This document shows positions 1 through 11,900 of a stretch of 64,000 nt of DNA, one piece after another (position 1 is the first letter of the stretch; the number at the start of each line of letters is the position of its first letter). The DNA comes from Chiloscyllium plagiosum (Eukaryota). The position numbers and the translations under genes are program-made. Below the pieces are notes generated by a model. It made no database searches, was not told the DNA's origin, and was given only the letters and a program-made list of their open reading frames with translations. The DNA lies in contig NC_057728.1 of the NCBI RefSeq assembly GCF_004010195.1, positions 47,287,305 to 47,351,304 of the forward strand, read 5' to 3'.

Positions 1-83
1 CCAACAGTGCGGCACTCCCTCAGCACTGACTCTCGGACAGTGCAGCACTCCCTCAGCACTGACCCACTGACAGTGCGGCACTC
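1..83 (+). repeat. About 33-bp minisatellite (cagtgcggcactccctcagcactgac...), cut by the window edge
   Basis: About 2.5 tandem, slightly diverged units are visible. Confidence 0.85.
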
Positions 84-87
84 TGTG

Positions 88-624
88 TGCACTTCTGGTC
101 TCCAAGTTTGAGGAAAGACATTCTGGCTATTGAGGGGGTTCACGAGGTCAATTCCTGGAATGGCAGGACTACCTTACGCTGAAAGACTGAAGTGACTGGG
201 CTTGTATACCCTTGAGTTTAGAAGACTGAGAGGGGATCTGATTGAGACATATAAGATTATTAAAGGATTGGACACTCTGGAGGCAGGAAACCTTCCGCTG
301 ATGGGTGAGTGCTGAACCAGAGGACACAGCTTAAAAATATGGGGTAGACCATTTAGGATAGAGATGAGGAGAAACTTCTTCACCCAGAGAGTGGTGGCTG
401 TGTGGAATGCTCTGCCCCAGAGGGCAGTGGAGGCTCAGTCTCTGGATTCATTTAAGAAAGAGTTGGATAGAGCTCTCAAAGATAGCGCAATCAAGGGTTA
501 TGGAGATAAGGCAGGAACAGGATATTGATTAGGAATGATCAGCCATGATCATATTGAATGGCAGTGCAGGCACGAAGGGCAGAATGGCCTACTCCTGCAC
601 CTATTGTCTATTGTCTGTTGTCTA
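88..624 (+). mobile_element. CR1 (HER1-like) LINE, 3' fragment
   Basis: C-terminal RT-like coding (LEFRRLRGDLIETYKI), CR1 3' UTR and a (ctattgt)n tail. Confidence 0.85.
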
Positions 625-1267
625 ATGTGTTCAACTAGCAGCTGATAGGAACCGGGCTGTCATGTAAAATCCATTACATCAAACACTACAGATAGGCTGT
701 TTGGCCTGTTAATCCTCTGCTAGCTGTTTTGAAGGACTGTTCCATTAGCCCCACTCCCCCTCTCTTTCCAGAACCCTGCATGTTTTTTTGCTCTCCCTCA
801 AGTATTTTCTAATTTCCTTTTTCAAGGAATCTGTATCCACCAGCTTATTAGGAATGTCCCCCTTGCAAATCCTAAACAGTAATAGAGAGGGAAAAAAATT
901 GTTATGACACTTTTAGTTCTCCCTTCAATTATATTAAATTTGCACCTTTTTGGATATCAAGACATCAGCTATTGCAATCAGTCACCTCTAGATCCTTTCT
1001 AGTACATCTCTTCTATATCCTATCCAATGACACTACATCATGGGGTGTCCAGAAATGGACATAGTATGGCAGCTGAAACCTAAATAGGGTTTGCACAATT
1101 TCCTGACCCTGTCCTCCATATCTCCACCCATTCAACAGAAACTAAGTACAAAATAATACAAAGTTAAGTTTCAACATCCAGAAAAGACAATTTCAAATTG
1201 ACAAGATATATTAATCTGTAAAAAAAAATGAAATAGTCTTCTGCTCAAACAGAGTCAATCACAGCAC

Positions 1268-1405
1268 CTTCTTGTAAGCGATCCGATCAAAGACTTTGTC
1301 AATGTCTGTTGCTTGCAGGACCTCCTGGGATATTGGGTGAGAGCTTGCTAGGCCATCGAGCAACATCACTTCATGAAGGTCGTCCGTCAGAAATCGCTGT
1401 TTCTC
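1268..1405 (-). CDS. TRHDE: TRHDE internal exon, probably exon 6, 138 bp, with the catalytic Tyr
   Basis: Acceptor tctcag, donor gtgctg. Manual translation: EKQRFLTDDLHEVMLLDGLASSHPISQEVLQATDIDKVFDRIAYKK. Not in the ORF track. Confidence 0.93.
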
Positions 1406-2197
1406 CTGAGATTTTCACACAAGTACAAGATTAACTCTCTGTGGATTCACAGTCAATTGAACGAGACTTAGCAGCTTTTAAAAACATGTGAAGGTCCTTG
1501 TCAAATTTATTTATATTGTTGAACTAGAAACAGCAACATTTAAAAGCTGGCAATAAATACCCTTAGTGGATTACAAGTGCACAAATTTGTTACACTGACT
1601 CAAAGATCATTATCAAGTGAATATCTTTGTTAACCATAAATTACACAATAAGAAACTCTCTATCTTGATCGTGTAAAAAAGCAAAATTAAAAAATGTATA
1701 CTGAGGAGAAGATTGCAAATCTTATTGCAAAAATGTAATAAAGATTTATTTCAAGGTTAACAGTTCCAACAAACCAACAACATAACATCTTGTTATGACC
1801 TCAGCTGATTGTAATACTGTATAATTCATATCTCAGAATGAAACCTGATTTGAGGGATTATAAATTTAATTTCTACAATTGGTTACCATGATGGTTAGTG
1901 TTTGGACATATTCACAAGAGGCTGCCAATGTTCTTTAACACAAGAACACAAGTTTATTGCACAAAAAAGAAACAAAAATCAAATATATATGACAGTTCAG
2001 AAAGATATAATCATAAACAAATCAAGATTTCAATCTTTTTCTCAGCAATATCCTTTCCAGATACTCAATCCCAGAGAATTATCATTTTGATTGCAACACT
2101 CAATTCCTTAACAAACTGACTCATTCTAGTTCCCCTTCTACAGTAACTGAAACAGCTTTGACTTATTTCCAATTCTGCTGGGCAGAATCTCTTTTCT

Positions 2198-2399
2198 GGA
2201 GAAAGTGAGGTCTGCAGATGCTGGAGATCAGAGCTGAAAATGTGTTGCTGGAAAAGCGCAGTAGGTCAGGCAGCATCCAGGGAACAGGAGAATTGACGTT
2301 TCGGGCATAAGCAAGAAGGGCTTATGCCTGAAACGTCGATTCTCCTGTTCCCTGGATGCTGCCTGACCTGCTGCGCTTTTCCAGCAACACATTTTCAGC
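2198..2399. mobile_element. PLE-derived fold-back element, family A
   Basis: Inverted arms span 2233-2399, unpaired tail 2198-2232. Perfect 15-bp TSD cagaatctcttttct at 2183-2197 and 2400-2414. Confidence 0.88.
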
Positions 2400-2619
2400 C
2401 AGAATCTCTTTTCTACTGACCTAAACATCTTTTTCAGTTCAACAACTTGAAAACATCTATACAAAAAACTCTCACTAATTGGAAATTTCACTATAAAAAA
2501 AAGTCCTCTTGCTAGAGCAAAAACTGTTTCCCTGAACCATAGATATGATTCTTCAGAACTGAAATCAGAGCTAAAACTCAGGGCTCCTGGTCTGATATCT
2601 CTGTACATCACAAAAAGTC

Positions 2620-4255
2620 CATAAGACCATAAGACTATAAAACATAGGAGCGGAAGTAAGGCCATTCGGCCCATCGTGTCCACTCCGCCATTCAATCATG
2701 GCTGATGAGCATTTCAACTCCACTTACCCGCATTCTGCCCGTAGCCCTTAATTCCTTGTGACATCAAGAATTTATCAATTTCTGCCTTGAAAACATTTAG
2801 CGTCCCAGCCTCCACTGCACTCCGTGGCAATGAATTCCACAGGTCCACCACTCTCTGGCTGAAGAAATGTCTCCGCATTTCTGTTCTGAATTTACCCCCT
2901 CTAATTCTAAGGCTGTGTGCATGGGTCCTAGTCTCCTCGCCTAACAGAAACAATTTCCTAGCCATGTATTATCCTCTCCAAGCCATGTATTATCTTTTAA
3001 GTTTCTATTAGTTCTCCCCTTAATCTTCTAAACTCTAATGAATACAATCCCAGGATCCTCAGCCATTCCTCATATGTTAGACCTACCATTCCAGGGATCA
3101 TCCGTGTGAATCTCTGCTGGACACGCTCCAGTGCCAGTATGTCCTTTCTGAGGTGTGGGGACCAAAACTGGACACAGTACTCCAAATGGGGCCGAACCAG
3201 AGCTTTATAAAGTCTCAGTAGCACAACAGTGCTTTTATATTCCAACGCTCTTGAGATAATTGACAACATTGCATTCGCTTTCTTAATCACGGACTCAACC
3301 TGCATTTTACCTTTAGAGAATCCTCAACTAGCACTCCCAGATCCCTCTGTACTTTGGCTTTACGAATTTTCTCACCGTTTAGAAAGCAGTCCATGCTTCT
3401 ATTCTTTTTCCCAAAGTGCAAGACCTCGCATTTGCTCACATTGAATTCCATCAGCCATTTCCTGGACCACTCCTCCAAACTGTCTAGATCCTTCTGCAGC
3501 CACCGCACTTCCTCAGTACTACCTGCCTGTCCACCTAACTTTGTATCATCAGCAAACTTCACTAGAATGCCCCCAGTCCTTTCATCCAGATCATTAATAT
3601 ATAAAGTGAACAGCTACGCCCCCAACACTGAACCCTGCGGGTCATCGCTTGTCACCAGCTGCCATTCTGAAAAAGAATCTTTTATCCCAACTCTCTGTCT
3701 TCTGTCAGACAGCCAATCCTCAATCCATACCAGTAGCTCACCTTGAACACTATGGGCCCTCACCTTGCTCAGCACCTCCTGTGTGGCACCTTATCAAAGG
3801 CCTTTTGGAAGTCTAGGTAGACCACATCCACTGGGTTTCCCCGGTCTAACCTACTTGTCACCTCTTCAAAAACTCCAACAGGTTTGTCAGGCACGACCTC
3901 CCCTTACTAAATCCATGTTGACTTGTTCTAATCCGACTCTGCTCTTCCAAGAATTTAGAAACCTCATCCTTAATGATAGATTCTAGAATTTTACCAACAA
4001 CCGAGGTTAGGCTAATTGGCCTATAATTTTCCATCTTTTGTCTTGATCCTTTCTTGAACGAGGGGGTTACAACAGCGATCTTCCAATCACCCGGGACTTT
4101 CCCTGACTCCAGTGACTTTTGAAAGATCTCAACCAACGCCTCCACTATTTCCTCAGCCACCTCCCTCAGAACTCTAGGATGTAACCCATCAGGGCCAGGA
4201 GATTTATCAATTTTAAGACCTTTTAGCTTTTCTAGCACTTTCTCTTTTGTAATGG
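2620..4255 (-). mobile_element. CR1 (HER1-like) LINE, 5'-truncated, RT disrupted
   Basis: ORF fragments KSPGPDGLHPRVL, NYRPISLTSVVGKILE, KFADDTKLGG, LVRPHLEYCVQFWSP, plus a tandem (cataagac) tail. Confidence 0.95.
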
Positions 4256-4494
4256 AGTCAGGAGTGTAAATCTTTCAATCAACTAACACTACAGATATCC
4301 TGCTATGTACTTGACTGAATTGCATGCTTTCATGCAAACAATGTTTTAGAGTACTGTACCAAATGACTTTCTGACATGTTAAAAAAATTACCTTCACAGA
4401 CTTAAATGAAAATCCATCGGTCTTTATTTTCAGAATACAAATTTCCAAATGGTACCAATGTACATTAAACACTGTTATCACAGTTCATAGCCAA

Positions 4495-4585
4495 AATGAA
4501 AAATGCTGGACATACCCAGCAGGTCTGGCAGCATCTGTGGTCGAAGAAACTGAGTTAACATTTCAGGTTAGCGATCTTTCATGAG
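4495..4585. mobile_element. Old PLE-terminus fragment, family C (similar copies near 7040-7110, 9545-9620, 11060-11170, 27830-27960)
   Basis: Shared motif aaatgctgga..actcagcaggtctggcagcatctgtgg..gaaacagagttaacgtttc. Confidence 0.55.
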
Positions 4586-5265
4586 TACTGAAAAAAGCTG
4601 ATTGTAAACAGGTGATTTTAAAAATATGCAACAACTTACCTTTCCTTACAAGTACTTAAGTGCCTTTTCTGACCAAAGGTAGTTTTCCTACTCAACCTTT
4701 TTGGGAATGTTATGACATACTTCCACAGCAGGTGACATGAACTCATACCTTCTGGCCAAGTGGTGTACACTATCACAGCACCACAAGATCTTAACAGGTG
4801 ACTGATCTTCTTCATCAATTTTACGTCAAACTGAATCTAGTGCAAGCATTACAAACCCATCCCATCCAATTTTTATATACAGTCCAAAGGTTTTATTTAT
4901 ATTTTAACATATTTATCATATTTTTTAAAACTTTTAATTATTGGCTGGAATTACAGATTTCAGGATAAATGCTGGTACTAAAAATTGCTTTGGGATTAAA
5001 AAAATTAGAAGGCATCTTTTGAACATCATACTTACTCCAACAAAAAAAACACATTAACGCAATGTCTTTCTGAACAAATTTCATACTTGATTCAAGTGAT
5101 TATCATATAAAAGGTAGTAACACTTACATGCACAGCAGATTGGTGCATTGTTATAAATAGAGTATTGGAGTATTGTTATAAATAGACTGCCCTTTGATCC
5201 TGACAAAATTGCAGCTAGTCAGTGAGGTGTGTAGTAGCTTGCAAAGATATTGGCTATGAACTTAC

Positions 5266-5379
5266 CATGTTGAAGTCTGGGTAAAGGTAATCAGTGCCAA
5301 CATATTCGAAATAGTGAGCAAATCCTTCCTTTAACCATACATCTTCCCACCAAATCGGAGTCACAAGGTCACCGAACCA
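5266..5379 (-). CDS. TRHDE: TRHDE internal exon, probably exon 5, 114 bp, with the third zinc ligand
   Basis: Acceptor ctcccag, donor gtaag. Manual translation: WFGDLVTPIWWEDVWLKEGFAHYFEYVGTDYLYPDFNM. Not in the ORF track. Confidence 0.95.
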
Positions 5380-5516
5380 CTGGGAGTAAACAAAAGGTAT
5401 TTAGGCACAAAATCAGAACATCAGGGTGTTTAAAATTCTCCACAAGATTGGAAAGAGGACTTAATACTGTGATAACAAAATTGTAAGCCATTCTTGTTTT
5501 GACTCAGCTTATATAC

Positions 5517-5671
5517 CTGATGACAGATTTCATGTACGACAACCATGGTGACATCCAGTAAATAGGGAATGGAGGAAACTCCAGGATCCAGTAATATCCT
5601 TTGTTCTACAAACACACTCAGTCCCCAGTTTTCCATAGCAGCATATGGATATTTCGGTACTGCTAACAGAT
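5517..5671 (-). CDS. TRHDE: TRHDE internal exon, probably exon 4, 155 bp, with AAMEN and HEXXH motifs
   Basis: Acceptor tgacag, donor gtatat. The G|AT junction gives D, then LLAVPKYPYAAMENWGLSVFVEQRILLDPGVSSIPYLLDVTMVVVHEICHQ. Confidence 0.96.
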
Positions 5672-5755
5672 CTGTCACAAAAAAAAACAAGTAATTTGTT
5701 TTTCTTTCAATTGAACTACATTTTGCCAGGAATTATTAATGTCTATGTTCTTAAA

Positions 5756-5956
5756 TTCGGAGATGCCGGTGTTGGACTGGGGTGTACAAAGTTAAAAATC
5801 ACACAACACCAGGTTATAGTCCAACAGGTTTAATTGGAAGCACACTAGCTTTCGGAGCGACGCTCACAATCACCTGATGAAGGAGCGTCGCTCCGAAAGC
5901 TAGTGTGCTTCCAATTAAACCTGTTGGACTATAACCTGGTGTTGTGTGATTTTTAA
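5756..5956. mobile_element. PLE-derived fold-back element, family B, young copy
   Basis: Essentially perfect inverted arms (5790-5865 vs 5883-5958), 34-nt tail 5756-5789, 13-bp TSD ctatgttcttaaa at 5743-5755 and 5957-5969. Confidence 0.9.
5871..5905 (+). ncRNA. Minimal type I hammerhead ribozyme motif (PLE type)
   Basis: CAC-CUGAUGA-A-GGAGC-GUC-GCUCC-GAAA-GC-UA-GUG. Stem I is CAC/GUG, stem II is 5 bp, and palindromic AGCU replaces stem III. Predicted cleavage after CUA. Confidence 0.8.
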
Positions 5957-7279
5957 CTATGTTCTTAAAAGTTGTTTCCAGTACATTGGTAGGAACAACA
6001 TTAACATACGTCAAATGTATTGGATTTAAGGCAGGATTTACCTCTCTCAGGAGTTAGCATGACAGGGAGTTGAAATGCACCATCTGTGATGATGCATTAT
6101 CTAGTGGATAACTGTAAGCACTAAAGGACCTCAATCTATTTTCTCATTCTTCTTATCAAATATCACTACTCAGTTACTGCAACAAATTTCCTTGTTTTGA
6201 AGTTCCTCTCCTTCTAAGGTTAGTTTCCTCTGTTTGCCTTCCTTGAGTTTACCTACCAACTCTGCCTGACAGGGTGGAAAACTCAGTTCTGTCTCTCCAC
6301 CAGCTCTGTTGCAAAACCAGCTACAGGGAGGTACATGAGTGTTGTCAATGAACTTTAATGTAACATTGGACAGGATCGATAAAACAGCATTCACTTCCAT
6401 CCTACCAATCCCTCCCCATCACATTCAGTTAAAAAATTCAATCAATTAACTCTTCAGCCTCGTAAGTAGCCAAATAAGAAGGAACTTTATGAAGATGTCT
6501 GAGATGTCAATTAGAACAGAAAATGTTAATCCTGAGCATTATTGCAATTCTCCCTGTGACTGTATAGCAAAAGAACACAGGTAAAAATTAGCAACAGGTA
6601 AGTTCAATGCAGGGATCAAGAAGAAGATTGTTAAGCAAAGAATGATCAAGAACTGGAGAAGACCTCTGATTACAGCTGTAGAGGGCATTAATACAGTGCA
6701 TAAATAAGGAGCAGCAACGTGTTGTGATAGTAAGGAAGGGTCTTCTGTTGGGGGGGGGGTGATATTTATGAGCCATATGACTTCACTCAGCTTTGTGACC
6801 TTTGTTTCCTCCCCAAGGTAAAGTACTCTCTATTTGTTCCATCTGATAGCAGCATGAACAAGACTTATAAAGAATTGTGAGAGTTGGTACTCTAACACCC
6901 TATTCTACCATATGGTCTTGTACCAAGTTTACTCTAACTACAGACTCAGCTGATAGAAGGAAATCTCCCATTATCTGTAAATAACAAGTGTTTAGTGAAA
7001 ACAGAGATTTCCACACACTTACAGGTGCCTTGGTAAAACAACAGAAAGTGCTGGAGAAACTCAGCAGGTGCGGCAACATTTGTGAATACAGAAACAGATT
7101 TGATTGATAAACTTCAACATCCTGTTGCCATGATGAAAAATTGCCAGAAAAGCATTTATTAGTCACTTAGGCAGAGCTAACTCCATTCCCTCAATATGCA
7201 GAATTCAGCAGCGAATACATTCTACACAATTTGTGAAAGTATGATCTTAAAACTTGGCAATTGTTGTTGGAAATCTTTC

Positions 7280-7755
7280 ATGATGTTGCTGGGTATGGAA
7301 TGTTTGAGTTATAAAGAAAGGCTGGATAGGCATGGACTTTTTTCACTGGAGCGTAGGAGGTTGAGAGGTGATGTTACAGAAGTTTATGAAAAAACGAGAA
7401 GTTTGGGTAGAGTTAATGGCAGTCGTATTTTCCCTAGGATGGGAGATTTTAAGACTGGGGGCACATGTTTAAGGTGAGAGGAGAGAGAGTTAAAAAAACA
7501 TGAGGGGCAAATTGATTATACAGAGGGTGGTTTGGATGCAGAATGAACTTCCTGAGAAGTGGTGTATGTGGGAAAATTACAACATTTGGATAAGTACATG
7601 ATTAGGAAATATTTTGATGGGATATGGGTCAGGAGCAGGCAGGCAGGACTAATTTAGTTTGGGATAATGTTTGGCATGAACTGGTTGGATCAACGGGTTT
7701 GTTTCTGCTGTGTATGACTCTATAACTATGAGTTTATGAAATTCTATAAGTTACA
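7280..7755 (+). mobile_element. CR1 LINE 3' fragment
   Basis: YKERLDRHGLFSLERRRLRGD and a (ctatgact)-like tail. Confidence 0.85.
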
Positions 7756-9659
7756 AACATCACAGCCATATACTTTTCTTTTAAAATTAGCAGGTCACAT
7801 TCTCCTACTTTTCAGTTAATAAAGGAGTTTTAAGCCCATATGCTATGTGGGTGACTTCGAACTGCAATTTTGTTTCAGCAAATGTTCTAATTGCTGAGGC
7901 AGAGGGTAGATAATTTGCTAATCCACCCACATTCTCCAATATAGTCTCAGCGCACCTCAGAGCTGATGTCAACAATAAAATTAAAAATGCAATTGAGTTT
8001 ACATGACTCAAAATATTACAAAACATGACTTAAAATATTACAAAATGATGCATGAATAGTGTTAGGAAGAGAGAGAAATGCTTACTTATCTACACACTTA
8101 TCGACTGCTTTTCACAAATTATACAAGAAACGTTCTTAGAATTCTTTTCAAACTGCACTCAGTTCACTCTTTCTGGATACAGGTCTGATTGAAAAACAGG
8201 AACAGGTGGAAGTTCTTCAGCTCTTTGAGTCAGCTCTGTTATGCAAGGAGATCATGACAGATCCAATTCTTAACTCCATCTACCCATGTTACTCATAACC
8301 CTTGCCGAACAAAAATCGATCAAAATCAAATCTGACAGCTATTTCAGCAAGAGAGAAACCTAGATTTCTACAGAATGTTAATGGCCTGTCAGTTGATGTA
8401 AGCCACATGAATTGATAAAGTTTGAGTGGGGAGAATAATCTTGGTCCTTGTGGGGTGATGGATGTCACTATTTCTCTAGTGGGTAGTGTTTAGTTTGTCA
8501 TGTTTAAGTTTTTGCATGTGTTTGGTTCAGATTGGGTTTGAGTCCATATATATTGCAAGAGACGGATTGATAGAAGGTGCTTTCATGGACCAAGTCAAGT
8601 CTTAGGCTTCAAAACTCTGAGTCTGCCACTCCAGCCACCAACTATACATCTCCACCTCACTCAGGGAGCACCTTCTGGGAGTATCAGACTCAGATTCAGA
8701 GCAGAGTATTGGCACAAAGGGAACAGTGATAACAAGTGACAAAGACAAGGAGATTGCATTTTACATGCACTTTGTGGTGAATGCAGATGCTTAAACTAAA
8801 GCCAGCGTGATTACAAAGACCTGCTGTTGACCTGGAAAGTCGGGCTTTATGATGTGTGCAGGGGGCATATTTTGAGTACAGGAGCACAACCCAGTTACCA
8901 TAACAGGAGGTTTTACTTGGTAAGGCACCCATAAGCCTGCCAACCTTTAGGCCTATAGAGTGCCTCAAATGCCATAATACATTGACTAGTGGCAGACAGG
9001 TGAGAAAGGCAACGCCTTTTTTTTTAAAACAACTATATCCAAAAGGTCGGAAGTATGTGGAGGACGTGGAGGCACAGGAATCCTGTTAATTAAGGGCTCC
9101 CTAATCAACATGTTTGTGTCACCCCATCTGGCTTTGAAAACCTGGCACCTCGTATCCCCGTGGCATAAGATGCCCACTACTAGGTGCCTAGCTCTGGCAT
9201 CTATTGTCAATCTCCATGGGCCTCCTGGCAGTCACAGCAGTGGCCACTACTGAGTATTGGTGCTACCAGAACAGCTCAAGCTTATGGGTAATTAAATTTT
9301 TTGTTGGGGGGGGTGGGGGGAGATGGTTGGTGGCTACATTTCTTCCTGGATTGGGGGGAGGGGTTTAACACAAGTTCAACTCCCATATTGTCTAAGCTGC
9401 CCAAAGTGAATTGTCATTGCAGAGCTTCCTTGTTTAATATTGCTCTACTTGGAACTAACTTTGCTTGTGGTGGTGCAAGAGATGATCATTATAAGATTCA
9501 CCCCAGCTCCCACAGTAATATCCAGTAATAATCGTCGCACTCATCACAGATGCTGCCAGACTGCCTGAGCATTTCTCAAATTTCCTGTTTCTATTTCAGA
9601 ATTCCAGCATCCAGGGTATTTTCATTTGCATATTAATTGTGGAGAATTAAGCATGGTAT

Positions 9660-9790
9660 TTAGCTAGCACTATGTATTTTCTAACCAACATGCTGAGCAA
9701 TGTTATTACATGGTTCTGGAACTGGTGGGACTTTGAACCCAGGCCTCCCAGTCCGGGTGTAGGGACACTGCCAATACACCACAAAAGGCC
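9660..9790 (-). mobile_element. Short tRNA-derived SINE (related copies near 4680-4785 -, 12535-12632 +, 61420-61542 -)
   Basis: Reverse strand reads gtggtgtattggcagtgtccctac...gggttcaaagtcccacc, an A/B-box-like head with a shared short 3' part. Confidence 0.55.
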
Positions 9791-9989
9791 CCTCAAGCCA
9801 GCTTTATACTGACAGGGTAAGCAACACCATTGAGTGATAATGAGAGGCAGTATGGCAGGCGCTTTCACTGTTCCTTGTTATGCAGCTGCCTCTTGATCTC
9901 TCCAGCATCTCAGTTTCCAGTCTTCAGCCAATTCGATTCAGAACAAGTGCTATCAATAAACAGCCGAAAACACTGCAAACTGGAAAGCC

Positions 9990-10465
9990 TATATGCCCTG
10001 AGCACATTGCAGCCACAGTACTGAAGACCTGAGCTCCAGAATTAGCCTCACCCCTAGCCAGGCTTTCCCAGTGCAACCACACCACAGGCATCTACCCAGG
10101 TGAGTGCTGTACACATCAAGTAGAATAAATCCGACCCGGCCAATCACTGCCCAATCAGTCTAATCCCGATCATTAGCAAAGTGATGGAAGCGGTCAGTGA
10201 CAGTGTTATCAAGCTGCACTTGATAATTCCAGAGTTTGTGCTGCCATTTAAACTATTAGGTCATGTACAAAAACACACATTTGGTTTTGACAGGTGTTTA
10301 ATTGCTCTTTGCGAACTAATGGCTACTGCATTTGTTCAGTAATAAACTACTCACTGATGCTCACTTTGGTTACTCAGCACCTGACTTCAAATATGAACAA
10401 TAAATGTAAAATGAAGAGGGGTTAGAGTTAGCATTAGGGTTAGGGACAGTGCCTTGATATTAAGT
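9990..10465 (+). mobile_element. Degenerate LINE RT fragment, same family as 24890-26425
   Basis: Shares ccagtgcaaccacaccacaggcatctaccc and agcaaagtgatggaa motifs with the 24.9-26.4 kb relic. Confidence 0.6.
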
Positions 10466-10599
10466 CCGGGAAAGGGTCTGGAAGATAAAGCTGAAAATTC
10501 ATGTTTGTAATACACTGCAGATTTACACTGAAACTTTTGTAAATGTCTAAATGCCTTCTGCTGCCTAATTCAACAATATCAATATTGCAGTGTAAGCCA

Positions 10600-10613
10600 T
10601 GGTAGCAGAGGAT
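10600..10613 (+). promoter_or_regulatory. Primer-binding site complementary to the 3' end of initiator tRNA-Met
   Basis: TGGTAGCAGAGGAT directly after a CA dinucleotide and upstream of gag-like coding. Confidence 0.7.
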
Positions 10614-11521
10614 TAACATTAATCTGTTCAGGGCGGAAGAAATAGAAAGTAGAAGGTTATTCCTGCTTCCAGCAGAAGCAAAGCTCCGGATGGCTTTTTA
10701 ATATGAGTCATACTGCGGGATCATGAATTATGATTATCCACTTTGCATTTTCAGAATTAAACCCATATGAGCAGTGGAGGAATGAGGCAGAGATATGGAC
10801 CCTATTCAAGAAGCAGAAAGGTATGAGTTTGGTTTTATTCTTATTAGGAAGGAGTAAAATTATGAATAAACTATTTTTCAAACCGAATGTAAAAGACATG
10901 GATACCGAAAAGGGCAGATTCTAATCTAATTTATGGGCAGAGGTTTACAAAAAGAATAACTTGCTGGAGGCCTATAAGGCATGGCCAATGTATGATACAT
11001 TTAATGAGATGGACAATCAGTACATAGTAAAAATATTTTTTAAAGTCCAAATAATGGTGTATGCTGGAAATCTAAAACATAAACAAAAATTGTTTGAGAA
11101 ACTCAGCAGTTCTGGCAGCATCTGTAGAGAGGGAAACAGAGTTAACGTTTTGGGTGCAGAGACCTTTCTTCAGAATACTAAGAAAAATGTGGAATTGGAT
11201 AGGTTACATAAAAGGTTAATAGTAACTCCAGAGTTTGTGTTGGCATTTAAACTATTGGATCATGCACACAGCCAGACTTTTGGTTTTGATGGGTGTTTAA
11301 CTTTTCTTTTTGAACCAATGGCTATTGCACTGAAAAAACATTTTGGGAGACCATTGTTTCTAGCTACCTTTGCAGGATATGTTGGGAGTTCTGTAGTAAT
11401 ATGGTGGGTGGAAAACCACACCTCTTCTCATTTTTCCATCCGCCTTACAGACATCTAAGATCCTTCCGTAGCAGGGACTAGAGAAACCAGAAATGAATGG
11501 GACTTTGGATGGAAGACTCTA

Positions 11522-11900
11522 CCAGCATCCAAGGAGCAGGAGAATCGACGTTTCGGGCATAAGCCCTTCTTCAGGAATGAGGAGGGTGTACCAAGCAGGC
11601 TAAGATAAAACCTACTGCGAATCCTCTTGCAAGGATGCCTTCCTTGAAGAAGCTCTCCTCCTCCCTCTACGAGTGAGTCCCTCTCTCACTGCACCCCCCC
11701 AGGTCATCTCCTCTGCCCTGAAGCTCTTAAAAAAGACCTTTTATCTTAGCCTGCTTGGCACAACCTCCTCGTTCCTGAAGAAGGGCTTATGCCCAAAACA
11801 TTGATTCTCCTGCTCCTTTGATGCTGCATGACCTGCTGCGCTTTTCCAGCAACACATTTTTCAGCTCTGATCTCCAGCATCTGCAGTCCTCACTTTCTCC
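11522..11900. mobile_element. PLE-derived fold-back element, family A, with about 130-bp internal spacer
   Basis: Arms about 11523-11610 vs 11740-11826. Perfect 13-bp TSD atggaagactcta at 11509-11521 and 11901-11913. Confidence 0.88.
11543..11578 (-). ncRNA. Hammerhead ribozyme motif, family A, weak stem I
   Basis: Minus strand reads AUUC-CUGAAGA-A-GGGC-UUAU-GCCC-GAAAC-GUC-GAUU. Confidence 0.6.

Noticed and set aside
1..83. CRISPR-like array
   Set aside because: Tandem units without unique spacers, vertebrate context, no cas genes.
2198..2399. Hairpins as pre-miRNA genes, terminators or classical MITEs
   Set aside because: Long variable TSDs, an asymmetric tail and identity with the ends of an RT/GIY-YIG element point to PLE retrotransposition.
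1791..4482. Possible solo LTR (tgttatg...ttatcaca) hosting nested insertions, with an end similar to 13230-13262 reversed
   Set aside because: No TSD, PBS or PPT could be confirmed, so the boundaries are unsupported.
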